From contig NW_019091359.1 in NCBI RefSeq assembly GCF_001949145.1, positions 214,021-278,020 of the forward strand: 64,000 bases of DNA. Direction: 5' to 3'. Positions within the stretch are counted from its first letter, which is position 1, and every line of letters begins with the position of its first letter. Positions 27,101 to 42,100 of the stretch are shown piece by piece. The DNA is from Acanthaster planci. Its lineage: Eukaryota. A program made the translations under genes and the position numbers. Below the pieces are notes generated by a model, which saw nothing but the letters and a program-made list of their open reading frames with translations, had not been told where the DNA came from and did not search any database.

Positions 27101-30100
27101 GTGAAGTTTCAACTCAGACATATGATGATGTTACAGTCATTGTAAGGTGAAAGCCCCACACACCCGTGCCAACCTGCATGCATTGAGCACAGCAGTGGAA
27201 AGTTTTCATTTTGGGGGCTGGTTTATCTTTCAAATGGGGGCGCTGCACGAGAATGGTACATGTATGCTTGATTTTCACAAAATTGTTGTCAAAATGTCTG
27301 CAAAGAGTTACTAAAACACTGCTAAAAAAAAAAATTGGCCCATGAATAAATTCACTGTAAGAAAAAAATGTCGGTGGGGGGTTGAATTCTGTCACAACCC
27401 CCCCCGTCCCCAGCATTTTTAGATTTAAGAAAGTCCACATTATGTCTGAAGCTTGTTCCAGTGATGCAAGTATAATCTAACCACACAGAACAACCCAAAT
27501 TCTTCAATAAGACGTTATTAGACCTGCACAAGCCAGATAGGCCAGAGCTCCCACAGAGAACACCAGTATCAATGTGACTAATTCCAGACAAATATTTATC
27601 CAAACACTCCCCAAATCCATTTGTTTTACTGAGAGGCAAAGCCCTCTGATTTTATGATTTTTAATATTAATGTTTTCTTCTTTTTTTTTTGGTGGTAGGT
27701 ATTAAAATCAGATACCATGAAATGAAAGATTATTCACCAAAATTAATGGTTGATTTTACAAGTATGGTAATTTTCTACTTTGATGTATGCTGGCAGCATC
27801 ATTGTATAAGGTTACTCCTGTTCAGTGATTTTTTGTGGAACAAAGAAACAGCTATTTTGACCCGTCTTTCAGTTGTTTGAGAAACTTTATAATGTCTCCC
27901 ACTAAAGTTCTAATTTGTTAGGACCACATTTCCCTCACTGAACTCTGAAAAGTTCATCAGAATATTGTTATTGATTTTTGTCTGTACTATTTTGTTGATG
28001 TTTAATTTTGTTTACATATGTTTGTGTGTTGGGGTTAACAATGAATATTTTAAGCAGTCCTCTGCATCTTGAAATTTCTTAGACTTTGGACCCAAACTTT
28101 GATTGGTTTAAATGTTTTTTTTAATAAACACATGAGAATAGGTAACGTTGGCTACCACTTAGTTAAGGAAAGATTCTGGTGACACCCATGGACAAAAAAT
28201 CATTATCCTGTTTCCAAATTTGATCATTAAAGAAATTGAATTTCTCATTCAAGAAATTGAATTTCTCATTCAAGAAATTGAATTTCATTTTCAAAGTCAT
28301 AACATATGCGATGTAGAGTGATTCTTTTAAAATGTCCAATGCCAGTTAATTGTAGCGTACAACCATTTAGAGTTCAACTGGACATATGGAACTCTTTTCC
28401 ATTTGCTTAGTGTATGCAATATGTAAAAGCTTTGTTTTTGTATTAATATACATTAATATACATATATTCCTAACTATCATGTATTCCTACAGGACAGAAC
28501 TGACCTTAACCGCATTGGCGAGTTTTAATCCCATTCATCAATTAGTACCATCACTTTTAATGATTTAGAAGAAAAGCGAGGCTAAGCTGACTCCCATTTG
28601 AAAACAGAACAAAGGACACTTGCTAAAAAAAAAATTGTGGTCCAGAGAGCACAAACAGGCAGAAAAGTTAAGTCCCCAGGCAGTTTAGCCTGGATCTTAC
28701 CGGTGGTATTTGTAATGATTAAATTCAATAGGCAGCTGGTCATCAATTACAATCTAGCAGATTTGATAATTGTTGATGGTTAGCTAAAGCCTTGAAGTGC
28801 AGAGAGATTGTTGCGGGTAGGCCTGTGGACTGATGAAATGGGAGGGGGGAACGTGCAGTGGTTAATCAGGGTACCAGCAGAAAAGCCCTGTAACTACCAG
28901 CCTGTGTAAATGCTGCATTTTGTGTGAGCAATTAAGAACTTGCAGGTTACTTGCTAAAAATCGCTCTGGTGCATTGGTGTGGGGAGAGAGAAGACATCTT
29001 TGGGCCCCAGTTTGCAAACTTCCACACCACTTTTGTCAACGCCTTGTAGATTATGATGTTGGCACAGAGGGCAGCTTATGTTTGAGTAGATGATTTGTGA
29101 GATTTCTCAGCATTTTCCTGGATGTCAGGATTGTTCACCCCAAAAATCTTGGTCACGCACACTGGTTTGACAACAGTTGTCTTTGCTATAAATGACAAAA
29201 GCCTTCTGACACAATATTCCACCCCAAACCAAATAAAAACCCGAGGAATGTGTCCTTTTTTTTTTTTGTTGGCTGGGACAATCGAGTGAGGCTGGTAGAC
29301 AACTCACTGTCATGGTATTGCCGGGATGTACAAGCTCAAGGCATACTGCATAGGACATTCATTAATAAAAGCTGCAAAGGATGGGGCACACCACATGGCC
29401 CAAACTACATGTATATGTACACACTAAAACGTCCACAGTTATTGTCTGTTATTTCAATCCTGAGGTCTATCTAGTCTTCATACCCGAACCCTGAACGCTC
29501 AGTAATAACTCACAGTTCTGCTGTTTGAGTCTTGAATCCAACGCAAACAATAACGATCACACTGTTCATTCCAGATCTACCAGAGCAATGAATGTATTTA
29601 ATAAACGGTCTCTCAAATGAAAATCTTGATGGTGAAAATACTTGAATTTGACTTTCAGATTTGTTTGATCCAAGTTGACTTCCCTCAGGTATTTGTTTAG
29701 GATTAGGTAAAAGACGGTTTCAGATCATCACACTCCATTCTTCACCTGTCTCACATGTGTAAAAAGATCACCCCATAATCCTTTGCGGTAGCACGCTCCT
29801 TTTGCAAATCTCACTGCTGAGAGTGCAAGGTATCGAAGGTCACATGCAAATGTACGATGTAAACAAAACAAAGGTTACAATTAGCATGTAAGAGTACATG
29901 TATGAGATCTTAGGAACTACACACACTTATTTTGGCCTTGAATGTGTACAAATTACAGTGCTTTTGTGGTTGCTTGGTGTGTATATTTAACCGTGACGAT
30001 CCAAAGTCTGTCAGCTTTGTTATCTTTCTTTACCACTGAAAGATGCTGTGCATCGCATGGAAGGAAGAATCCTTGCTATGTGGTGCATGTACCTGTAGAC

Positions 30101-33100
30101 TAGCAGTTTACTGAGTGTATTTCAGAAAGTCTTGGTTTTGGGGGAAGAAAATACCGAAACAGAGACCTTTATCATGGCAAGTAAATGGAATAATTTTCAA
30201 GTTACTCTTTGAGAACCTTTGGGACAGAAGCAGACTGATCATCCCCAAAGAGGGCACTAACATTCCCTGATTTCTCAGAGCAGAATGCCGTGTTGATAAG
30301 TACCATCCGTGAGCCTCTCACAACATCCTCTTTTTTCTCTGTTTGGATTACAGACCCAGGAAGCCGGTGCATCTCTTTGCAGGTGTGGCCTCTTCTGTGC
30401 AACCTGCAACTGCTGTTTCACGGAAAATGTTGATGGTAGGTACCAACCTCGGTGAGGGAATTCAATGTAATTATGCCACTGCTTTTATCGACAGGTTTAA
30501 GGTGCCAGCATGTATGCACCTTGTTCATGACCTATAGAGGGCGCTGTGTTGCCTAGCAACAAGGGCATGTGTAGGGCACAAGCGTTTCATTAGCCCAAGA
30601 CATTCTGATGTGATTTATTATTGCTTCTCGGAAGTTCTCTCCCCAATACAGTGAATTCAAGGTATAAAGTGTTAAAATATACTTCCAATTACGACACTCA
30701 TGCCATGTTATGTTTGCGTATTGCCCCATAAAACTTAATGTAACAGTTAATGTTGCCATGACATTGTAACAGTGTTCACACAGTTGGCTTGCAAGCACGT
30801 GTTGTACAAGCAGCTGTTGGCTTGGCGTCGGTCTCTAGCTGTTCGTAATTTGGTTTGCATGTAGTGCTGAGTTTGTGGTAGCATGGGCTTCGTGTATACC
30901 AACCTACCATGGGCTTAGAGGCCTGTCAAATTAACTGGCAAAGCAAGCTTTAATTACCCATTGCTCCACAAGTTTGTTTGAGTGGCCAAGTAACGTGCAT
31001 AACAGTTTTGTAGTGGCCTTGTAAAACCACTTCCAGAAATGCTATGACCAGCTGGACTGCTGGCCCAAGATTTTTTTCAACGAAACTCAAACCCTGAGTC
31101 TGTGGACTGTGGTTTTTCTAGTCACTTACAATGTACTGTGCCAAAAGAACCCAAAGCTAATAATCTGTTGTTCGCTTAGATAGTTTACATATGTGTTCAG
31201 CTCATTGCAGCTTAGTAATACCACCGGGTAATATGTCATGTGACATATTTTGTTGGTTTGACATAAGAGTCTGAAATGGAATTCAAACTGTCAACATTTT
31301 TTAATAAATGTGCTTGCTGCATGTAATTACTTCCCACCATCACAACTGTGTAGGACCAAATTTTTGAATGTGCTGTGGCAAAATTCCCAATCTTCCAATA
31401 ACCACTTTTACAGTTTGAGCATTCCCAACAGATAGTTATATCTCAGCCTTTGGAATATTCATTGAGGCTAAGCAATATGGCTCTTTTTGGGGGGTTTATG
31501 TACCATCATTTCATATAGCTATCTTGAGAGAATGGTGGCTAATTTATGCGTAATATGCCTGAAATATGCATAAATTTATAGCTGCAGCAATGCAGATGGC
31601 TAGGTATTAATGATTTATCTGTCACACAATATGGTTGATCAGGCCAAGGCAAGTACCCGGACATGTGTACAAATGAAAGCAATTATGCAGCTTTTTATAT
31701 GATTGCCCTTCCTAAAGCAGTGTATGTCGATGGTATTCCTGTAATGTATACATTAAACCTGGCCAAAAAAGACTCTGTGGGGGAACGTGAAACTACAATC
31801 TCTAACTAAACCAAGGATTTTTGAAGCAAAACGTCAGAAGAAATGTACTTAATAGAGACTCAGACACCAGAGATTTTGAAACCCAAAAGGACAAAAAAGA
31901 ATTTAGTTACGCAGACAACAGGATAGAAATCAACCACTTAACCTAAACCAATGAAAACCCAATCAAAGTGACTCAAAACACAGAGGCCTCTAAACCATAA
32001 ATGCAAATCTAAAACCAACACAGTACATCTATGTATTAAATGGACCTCATGAGAGGAATACTCACAAAAAACACCCTAACTCAGGAGCAGATACATACAG
32101 TGCACACACATCAAGGGTGTACGGCACAGAAAGTGGAAAAGACTCATGGGAACTCCACTGCTGGTCTATAAATGATGATGGGACTTGACCAGGGACGTTT
32201 GGGGTTGCCTTTCCAAATGACTGAATTTTACATTCCGAAACTTGTTACTTGCAACGAATCAGAGGTGCTTTCTTCTAGAATGTGAAAAGCTACATGTAGA
32301 ACCGCACTGGTAAGAAACGTGCATGAATATTGAGGGAAAAATAATGATATTCATCGACAAGGTCGTCTGTTTCCTGGTCCTTTTCCTTGGTAGCTGACTG
32401 AGCCATGTTGGGTTCTCCATTTTTGTGGGTCATGTTCCTAGTCATTGCTTTGGCCAGTTTCTGATTAGGTGTTGTGAAAAGCACTCCCTACTTGTAGTGT
32501 TAATTAGGGAAATTTCACAGAACTTTCAAGATACTTCCCAGTCCACCAGGGGGTTTATAGATTTTGTAGGATGTAGGAAGTTCGGAGCCTAAAGATGTGC
32601 ACTTCCAATCCAAATTGTATTAAATCTGACTTTATTTCTAGCCATCGGTGGTCAGTTAGTATTAAATGTTGCGTTGGTAGGGTTTGTTACGAACACTTTT
32701 AAGTTTTGTTTTTAATTTTTTGGGGGGTTAGGTCTTTAATGTGTCATGCCGTTTGTTAATTGTGCGACTAAGTTGGAGACACACAAAGTCATCAAGTTCT
32801 CATTGATATAAGTTTAGACTTGCTCTGTTTGGCGTGGATTGGATGAGGATTGAGTCACGAAGGCCATCGCATTGGATCAGTTTGAGCCGAGGCTGTCAGA
32901 TCTGAACAGCATTCAGATTTTCACCTGGGCATATCATTTTTGTACAGATTCAAGAGAGTTTTTTTTTTAGTTTTTTTTTAGTTTAGTTTTTTTTTCTTTA
33001 GCAAGATACTTGATGCTTTAAAAAGAGAGTCTTTTATGTTATGGTATTTAATCCAACAATACCAGTTCTTTATCCTCCAGTTTCGGTATAATTTTTCACA

Positions 33101-36100
33101 TGCCATTTGGTGTTGGGGTTAGCCCTAAACCCGGAAAACCAGTCTCGGGGCAAGACTAGTAACCACTTAGATACTGAGCTTCATGATTGTTCAGTCTGAG
33201 TACACTTGTTCATAGCTTGGACCGCAAATTTTTTGTCGTTTTCATAATCCCAGCAAAGGGCCTGTGTTTTTAGCCTGTGTAAAAGAAAAAGTGGAGTTAA
33301 ATTAGTGTGCTTGTTATCCTTGTTACATTTATCTAACTTTTCTTGTCGCGTTTAGTATGCTTTACAGTGAACGGCAGTTTATTGGTAAATCTGACATCCA
33401 ACAAATTAACATCTATTTCCACAGCACAAGCTATTGACTCGGCCTTTCATGAGTGTCATTTTTGGGGGAGGTGTCAAATTGTCCCCGAGTTTGATTTGGG
33501 TTGAAATTTTTCAACAAGCCCCCCTCATATACAGGCATCATGGTAGAAGGAAATTGCTAGCTGCGTTGTTAGCCCAGACTCGTTGATATCACTTCCCAAT
33601 AGGAAACGCCTCATGAACTTTCTCAACAGTCCAAACTACGGGAACAGGAGACCTCTTTCGTCAAAGTTGTCAAGGTGGATGTTGTCAAGCAGCTTCAAAC
33701 CTTCAGAGTGGTATTTCAGTCCCACTCTGGTCTGGTTGCAAGTTGACTGTACTTTACTCCACATTTGGCCCACGAAGCTTGCCGAAAACTGGCTTCGATT
33801 CCAGAGTGCCCGCTCGCGTGCATAGTAATGAATGCGCTCAAGCCCCAATCAGCCACATTTTGCTCGCTGCCCTACCCCCCCACCAACATTTATTTATTCA
33901 CACTCATTCATTTTCATGGACTTGGGGGGCTGGGGAGCGATGGATCACCTTCTTTATCTCGCTGACAGTGTGTGATTCCACCCGCGCATGAGCTCTGAAA
34001 TATGCGCGAGAACAATAGCAGGAATCAAATTCACTTCAGCTATGACCCTCACTTCCCCCCTCCCCTTTTGGGGGAGGGCGAGGCCACAGGATCGGGGGAA
34101 AAATTTGAAATCCTGTGAATGTAGCTCAGCTACCATCTGTTGGCTGTTTTGGATGCACTAATCCAACTTTTTGTTTTTTCCCTCGGAGGGCTCGGGTGGT
34201 AGAAGCTTTGTCATGCGCCTCTGCTTTGGTGATTATTTGCAAATTGACAAATGACGTGAAACACTGTAAAGGGGCTCAGTAATTAACGTCACATGAGCAG
34301 TGTGGTCCTGATGGTTACATTGTATTACATGTTCTGCCACGACCTGAATGTCCCAAAACCTCTTCTACTCGTGAATCAACAAACAGGCTGCTGCTGAAGT
34401 TAAAACAAAGCATTGAGTTTTGGGGGGAGGGTTGTTAATTTTTTTTATCTGTGTCCAGTGTCAATTTTGAATTTCAAAACTGGCAGATTAATTTTATTTC
34501 ATCCATTTTTGACTGAAAAGGGAACAAGAACTTTCTAGATATGAGAAATGCTTTACTGTTTCAGACTACCATCTGCTTGGTTAATCAGATGTTATAAAAA
34601 CCAGTGTTTTCGAAAGTCATAATACGGGCAGGAAATTCATAACTAAGAAACACTGCTGACACGATCCTTTCCTGTCTTTTGTACTGGACGCCATCATGTC
34701 TGTGCTTCAGTGCTGACATGCTAATTCTCGCCTGACCCTGGACTTATTTGCTGACCGTATGGCATTATTCTCCTGCCTGTCATCAATAATGCAACTAACA
34801 GCCCATCTACATCTCGCATGAATAATTTTTCTCTTTTTTTTGTATTCTTCTGCTTCAAGAGTGCCCTACGTTTCATCTGCAAGTTTGGGCAATAAAAGTC
34901 ACAAATGCATAAAAAATGATATGAAACATATTCACACAGTACACATTCCCATTTTCCTTGTTCGACGGTAGCTGAACCAACTTTATTCTTTCCAAATCAC
35001 ATCCACTGGTTCTTGGCATTGGACATCAATCAAAGAATCAGAAAGATAAAAGGGCTGTCAGTTCAGACATACAAATACTACATACCCCAAGGTTATCAAA
35101 TTTCAAATAATAACGGGAAAGAGTAAAGGACAAAACAAAAAAAAACAGTTAGCTCTGCTCTAGCAATTTTCAACATTTATAGAACAAAATCATTTTTACC
35201 TAGTTAAAAATGCTTTACTTAGTGCACTCGGACTCACGAATCTCAGTGAGTGTGTTTGAGAACCAAAGTATTGTATATTTTTTCCTGTTTGTTTCCTTTT
35301 ATCAATTGTGCAATCATGTTGGAATTTTCTAAGCACATTGCTGCAGTAAAGTGCCTTGTGATTCAGAGTAAGCCTTGTGCAAATCTATGAAATCCCAACT
35401 TTGGAAATGTCGAAAGCTGGGTATTCTTTGTGCATAACAGTTGAAAATTCAATGCATCCATATATGCATGCATTTTCAGGAATGTAAATCTGGTAAGGGG
35501 ATATGATAATAATGCGAATTATAAATGATCAGTTTTATAAAGTGCAAATGTTTATACAAATGTGTTCCAATGGGCTGTACAATAGAGACATTAAACTACA
35601 ACATTTTCAAGCCAAAGGCCTACACAAAGGGCGACTCAGGCAGCCGCCGCACGACCCACATCTGCCCACATCTGTAGAGAGGAGGCAGTGAGAAGCAATT
35701 GTCAATTTCAAGGTGGGAGGAAAACCCCAGAAGAAGGTTCTGGGTGAATGTTCCCTGTGATCAAACCCACAAAATTAGGTAGGGACTGCAAATGCAATCC
35801 ACATCTGGACTGAGCTGGTAATCAAGCCCTGGCCGTAGAGGGGAAAGGCCAGGAAGGAACAACTAGACCCACCTGACTCTCCCAATATATCCTCCCACTT
35901 GCGTGACTCGGTCTTGAACTGACAGGCCGACTGACCAGTTAGTTAAATGGTACGATTCCTGCACCATTTAAGCAGGAGAGTGTGGGTTCAAGTTCCACAC
36001 CAGTAGTGAGCTTGTGAATTTTTTTCACAAGCCTGAATATACAGTGTTTATTAAATGAAGCTCACTGGAGGGCAAAATACCTAGTTTATTGTTTAGCCTC

Positions 36101-39100
36101 CAGAGTTGGGTTCCATTTGTGAAAATCTTCAGAGATGTACTTGCATTGGGGAGATGTTAATTTTAAATTATGAGCTCTGCCCTTACATTGACATATAGTG
36201 ATAATACTGTAGACACAGTGTTATCCAAGAGCTCCCCCCCCCAAAAAAGAATTTCATAAATTAACTCCGGTGAGACTCAATTTCACAGCCTTCTGCTTAC
36301 TCGTGCAGATGTTTTAACCACTTGAGCACCGAGCTTGCCGGGTTAGCTAGCACCTCTGAGATGCAGCAACAGGCACCACAAACTTTTACCAAAGGTGTAC
36401 TTGCGCTGGAAGATGTTTATCGTTAATTATGGGTTTTGCCCTCACACCGATATATACACTGGGTAGACTAGAATAAGTACATGTAAGGGCAAAACCTCTA
36501 ATTAAACATTAGCTCATGACAGTTTGCTGAAATGTTAGCTCAACACCTGTGAACTTGCCGAATAAACTGAAACGATCTTTAGTTCAACCAGACAAAATGG
36601 CATTGCCCTGTGCTCGGAGTGCTATTGTCACTCGTATACTGTCAGTCCCGCCTTTGTTTATGAATGCAGAAGACAATCTACGGTAGTCTACAAGTTAAAT
36701 TGAAACTACTTGTGTTCTTGGGACATGTTTCATCCACTTTCAATTTGGTTAACTTCCAGAGGTGAGCCTTGTCTCAGAAGCTGAGACAGTCAAGGGCTAT
36801 TCCTACCTTGCTGGCCAGGCCAAGCTGACCGACTCCAGAATGAGGAAGCTGGGCCGTGAGGGGGGAAGGTTCTGCCAGTGCCAGGAGGCAGTCAGATCTG
36901 GGGAAGGGCAGAGAAACCTGAGTTGGGCTGACGCTGGGCTGTACCGGGTGTCGGCCAATGGCTTGAGAAATGTGTCCACTCAGATGGAAAACTCATTGGG
37001 CTCACTGAGAGGTAAGAGAATAGTGATGCAGTTCCTGACCACGGTACAAGTTCCTGGAACTGTAAACAATGCCAACAAGCACAGAAAGTTCCTCCCAAGT
37101 GAAGTGAAGTCGCCAGCTTAAATGTGACCTGTCAACTTAAAATGAGCGAAAATGCGACATATTTAAATGTCTGATCCTGCTAACAAAATTTGAATTAAAT
37201 AGAGGGCTTACTCTTTCAAAATATTACAAAATGGCAAAATTGAGCTCCACTTCAATATTTGACCTTGAACCCTCAAAACAGGAAAGAGCAGAATGGGACT
37301 GTACGCTCATTTTGTCGTGCCAGGTCACAAATGTGATGTGGAGTATACCTTGCATTGTCGTTGTCAAGCCGATCACATCCCTGCAAATGTAATTCCATTT
37401 CAAGTCACCCTGTCATAAGCTGTTGTTTACCTGTTACTTACGACTGGTCTTGTGAAAGGATTCATGACTGGACTGTAAGACAGGACTAACGAAAGGACTT
37501 GGGATGGACTCAACTACAACACCGATTAGTTGTAACTGATTGTAAGCCCATGTTACCATTGCGTTAAAATCTGCTGGTTGAGCAATGTTTCCGTTGTTAC
37601 TTGCTGCATGTCTAAGCAGCAAATGGCAGCATTCTGCGCAGCAACTTCGTTCGCTGGGCAACTCACTGCATGCACATGCTGGTTCCTGCGCGTAGGGCAT
37701 GGGGCGTGGTAGAATCTGTAAGTCTTTGCTGGGAGAGAGCTTGTTTGAAAAGACTCCCCTCAGCTCTTCTCTTTGCCGATGACGAGTGAAATAACAAGCA
37801 AGCAGTGTCATGGAAACACTACAGAACTGACACCGCTTGCAGGATTTCTGCAACAAATTAACTGCGCTGAGGTGCATCTTACTTTCAGGCAATTGGAAAA
37901 AAACAACAAAAAACATGGCATAACTGCTCAGCGTTTCAATTATTTCAAACAACCCAGATGAGGATGAGTGCTACTTTTATAATGGCTGCTTGTGTAGGAT
38001 TTGGTAGTTCAATTCATGCATTATTCCCACTGAGATTGGAAACCAGCTCACACGAGTTGACGGGTGTGAAAAGCCAACTCCAAAGTTGTTATTTAATTTG
38101 GTTCTCGTGAGAAGAGCAGTGGTAACGTTAGCATTTCAGCATACGAAAAACTACTATTGGCTCGCACCATTTACACCAAAATGTTCACCTGCCATTGCTT
38201 TTGTAGTGAATACATCCCTTACCTGCCCACTCAGAATTTGTTGGTTATAAGCCATCGGGATATTTTAGTGGAAAAAGAGTCCAAACTGTGGATTCCAAAT
38301 AATTTGAACTTCATTTGCTCAACAAAACACAAAACCTAATGTAGGAAATTGTCCATGAAACCAAACAAAACACAGAAACGCAGGTTACTGGTATGGTTGC
38401 AGTTGCCTATGGTTTCCACAGTTCAGTCTGTCATCCATGCCTGCACTTTGCTGGCCCCATCAAGAGATATCAATAATAGATCAAAGTCATCAATACATAA
38501 CAATTGCGGGCCTAAACTAGTCACTTGGTCTGCACTTCCCTCCGACCCCCCCCCCAGTATTTGCAAACCTTCAGAGACATTTTGATTGTGCCAACACCTC
38601 AACTTGACACCACCTGATATCGGCAAATTAGACCAAGAAAACCCTTAGTTCTTAAAAATTGCAGTGACCGGTGATCATACTGTGTCCAAGGTGGGAACCA
38701 CCTGGTTCCCCATTTAGATGTGCAGGCAGCACCCTGAATCATCTCCATCATGGGGCCGCCTCTCCTCCCGACCTTTCCTACCCTCACTATCACTACCTCC
38801 CTCCCTCACACCGTCTCCCTCATTCTTTGCCCCGTTTCCTGGTGACACATCACCCTGCCACTAATAACTCCCGGCTGATGCTCCCCAGCTCTCGACACCT
38901 TGGCCGCGTGGCCGCCACTTTGGTGGGCACGCTTCGTCGCGCCCCAGCCCATTTGGCATTCGAGCGTCGTGCCACCGGCTGCCTTTCGCACAGCCCCTGG
39001 ACTGCACTAACACCTTTCCAGTGAGGTCTTGTCGACACCTGAACCAATCATGTTAGGTGGATGACGCAAAGTTCCCCGGGCTGGGATTTTCAAGAATATA

Positions 39101-42100
39101 CCTTTCGTTGCGCAGGGTTGCTTTGTTTGTCCGACCTTGACTATCTACATTGCACACAAACAATCGTCCACTCGTGTTTTGATCTGTGTCAAGCAGAAAA
39201 ATGCTCACCACATGCAATCGTGTCGTAATCAGCCATCTGCCTTGGAACTGATTACCCACAGTGTAAGACCCATGACAATTTTGTTTGTAAATTGTTTTTG
39301 CCAAGCAAGTTTGCCGTATTCTTTAAATGTCTAGCACTTCAGTAGCCATGGCATTAAGACTGGCCAAGATGTGATGGTTTAGACCTTCATGTATATGTCA
39401 ACCCATAATTGGTAATAAGGGCCACAGGTATTATGACAAGTGATGTCATTTCCCCAAGGGCACCAGTGTTAACCAGCTATTTAGATTGTGGCAGCACTGC
39501 CTGTTTGTTGATAGTTACAGTTCTCATACCCTTTTTTATAGCCTTGTCATTCAGTTCAAAAAGTAAAATGGCCTGTGTTTGTTTTTGTGGCCAATGCCGG
39601 CCAAGTGGCTTCCCCTTCATTCAGATGGCCACATTATTATTGTATCTGCAGGTAATCATGTTTGACAGGTGGCCGCCACTTTTGGCGGGTGGCCTTTGTA
39701 TGTAGAGGGGGATGCGCGATGAAGTCTGGTAACTGTGATGGCCATTTCTGGTAGTCATTGTGGTTTACAAAGTCAGCTGCCACTTTGGACTCTGTATAGG
39801 CATCCAGAAGTTTCTTGAGTTGAGAAATTTGTTGAATTTATTTTGAATTTTGACTTTTTTTGGTTGTTTGTTTGTTTACTTTTCCTAACTTCAAGCCAAG
39901 CCCCTGTAATAGGTTTTCGTTTTTATCCAGTCATCTCACTTCACAACCCCGCGTACCTTCCACTTCCCCATCATAGAGTGTCAGCACGTTCAGTGGGGGA
40001 TATTACGAATTGAAGGCTCATTAACACTGCGTGGGGCTATGGAGTTGTTGGTGTGTGGATAACGAGGATGGAAGTGTCTAGCCGCCCTCTTACTCGCAGA
40101 AGAAAAATGACCAGCTCACCCACTGGCTCATTCCTTCTGTCTGGCTGTCTCGCTGGACACAGTTCTTTAACCGTTCACTGCACATTTCTGCCCCCTTCTC
40201 ATCTGCATTATTTATTGCACTTGTACATTGCTCATGCATGTATGTACATAGAAATGGGCTAAAATATTGGCTGAGATGTCAGCCCATGTGAAGCACATTT
40301 CTGTGCCCGTCATTCACTTACTACAACCAATTTTTTTTTTTTAGCATGAAGGCATTGCGTGTATTCATGATACTTTTAGTGGATTGATAAATAGGCTAAT
40401 TGCAAAGAATTGACACCGGCAATCACACTGTGCTGATGTCCTGCATGCCCGTGAATGTAGAGAGAAAAATACACCGTGGCAACTTGTTTTCATGTACCAG
40501 TTTTAGAGAAATATGCATCATCGTACACTTCTACAGATATTTTGGAACTTTCTGGAGCTGCTCCACTTGCAAAATCAAGTCTGTACCTTATGTTGTCATT
40601 TTGGTTCTGGAATGAGAAAGAATAGATATTACAGATCCGAATCTGCTGTAGAAATTTCATGTATTGTCATGCACGACCTTACATGTACATGCATGTTGTT
40701 TTATCCCCACCGACTACTGCCTTCTCAGTATTCTGAGCCCGTTCTAATGAGCTGCCATATTGTGCAGATGTCGTTGGGAAAAATTTTAACGGGCTCTCTG
40801 AGGCCTGCGTGTCAAGATGTCACTCAGTGACTAAGCCATGATCCATCTTCCGCCCAAACTTATTCAAATTGAAAAGTGCAGCCCATCAAGGGAAAATTGT
40901 CATTTTCGCTCAACCCTCCACCAGGTATATTACCATTAGTACCACTCGTGTCAGGCCTGTTTGTCTTCTTGTCAGGGGTCCCCTTGAGATGGGCTCATAT
41001 TCTCCCATTCCCCCTTGCCACTGCTCTCGCCACGCAGGCAAGCATGGCACGCCACCCTTGGCCATTCCCACAAATGGCCCCCCAAATGAGTCCATGATGA
41101 CTTATTGTTTTTGTCACGGGAGTCGATTTGCTCAGGACCACTGGGCTAAAAGGGGGAAGCTACACTCCACTCCATCTGTGCTGGCCGGTTGGTGTAAAGA
41201 CGGAGAGAGATGAGCTTACTACTGACTTGGGGATTGGACAATTGAGCCAAGGATAATTGGTTGTTGGCCGATGCAGTGGAGCATGTGTCGTTTGGGCCCA
41301 TTGCCAGGGTTTATTGATATTAACTTTATTTGTACATCAAATGTCAAATGGTGCGAGATGTAGTTAGTGGCTGGGAAAGAGGGTGATGAGAATTTCAATT
41401 CTTGGGAACTTTGTGTGATCTTCAGTTGAAGGCAAATTTGGACATCCCGTTTTCAAAGTGTAGCTAAAATGATTCTGCTTCAGAGTTCAAATATCTGCAG
41501 TCACCCCTCCCCTCCGCCGTTTGCAAGTGAAATATGAAACCTCTTTGTCTTACAGCTACGGTAAGAAATGGCGGTATCCGTCTGATAAATCTCACTTTTA
41601 GGGGGAGGGCAGACAAGCAACTTAACGAATATTCATCTTGGCATGTCCGTAAAGAAGACGTACAAAAAAAGAGAAATCTGGAAATGGTTTTCCCTGATGC
41701 ATTAACCCTTCCACACGCTGGATGTGTTGCATAATGACAATGGATGGTAATTACGCCACGCCAGGATTTCCTCATCCATTTATTCTTTTCCCAAATTTTT
41801 TTTTTCTCGACTCTGTTTTTTTTTTTCTTTTCTCTGTCCCCGTATCCTTCTCGGCTGTTGCCGTCCATCAGAGAACGGGATATCAGCCTCCATCAAGTAA
41901 TCAACCTAATGAGTAGAAAACGAGCTTCGTTTCTTGTAGCTGCAATTCTGGCGGTGAGTGAGTCCGCATCCATTTCGGCGACGGATGATGTGGTACTCTC
42001 CTCTCAGCCAGCACAGGATGCAATCCATCTAACAGAACTACTTCCGTTCTGTGGTGCCAATAATCACTCCCATCTTTGCAAGAAAAAAAAATTGCCAAAC

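Noticed and set aside
30532..30548. CTCF-like motif (ctatagagggcgctg); similar at about 1498, 7927 and 62143
   Set aside because: Isolated short matches, some probably inside repeats; cannot be supported without ChIP data.
37434..37952. 172-aa minus-strand ORF as a nested gene (also 50960-51532)
   Set aside because: Composition is not protein-like, there are no domain motifs, and there is no exon chain.
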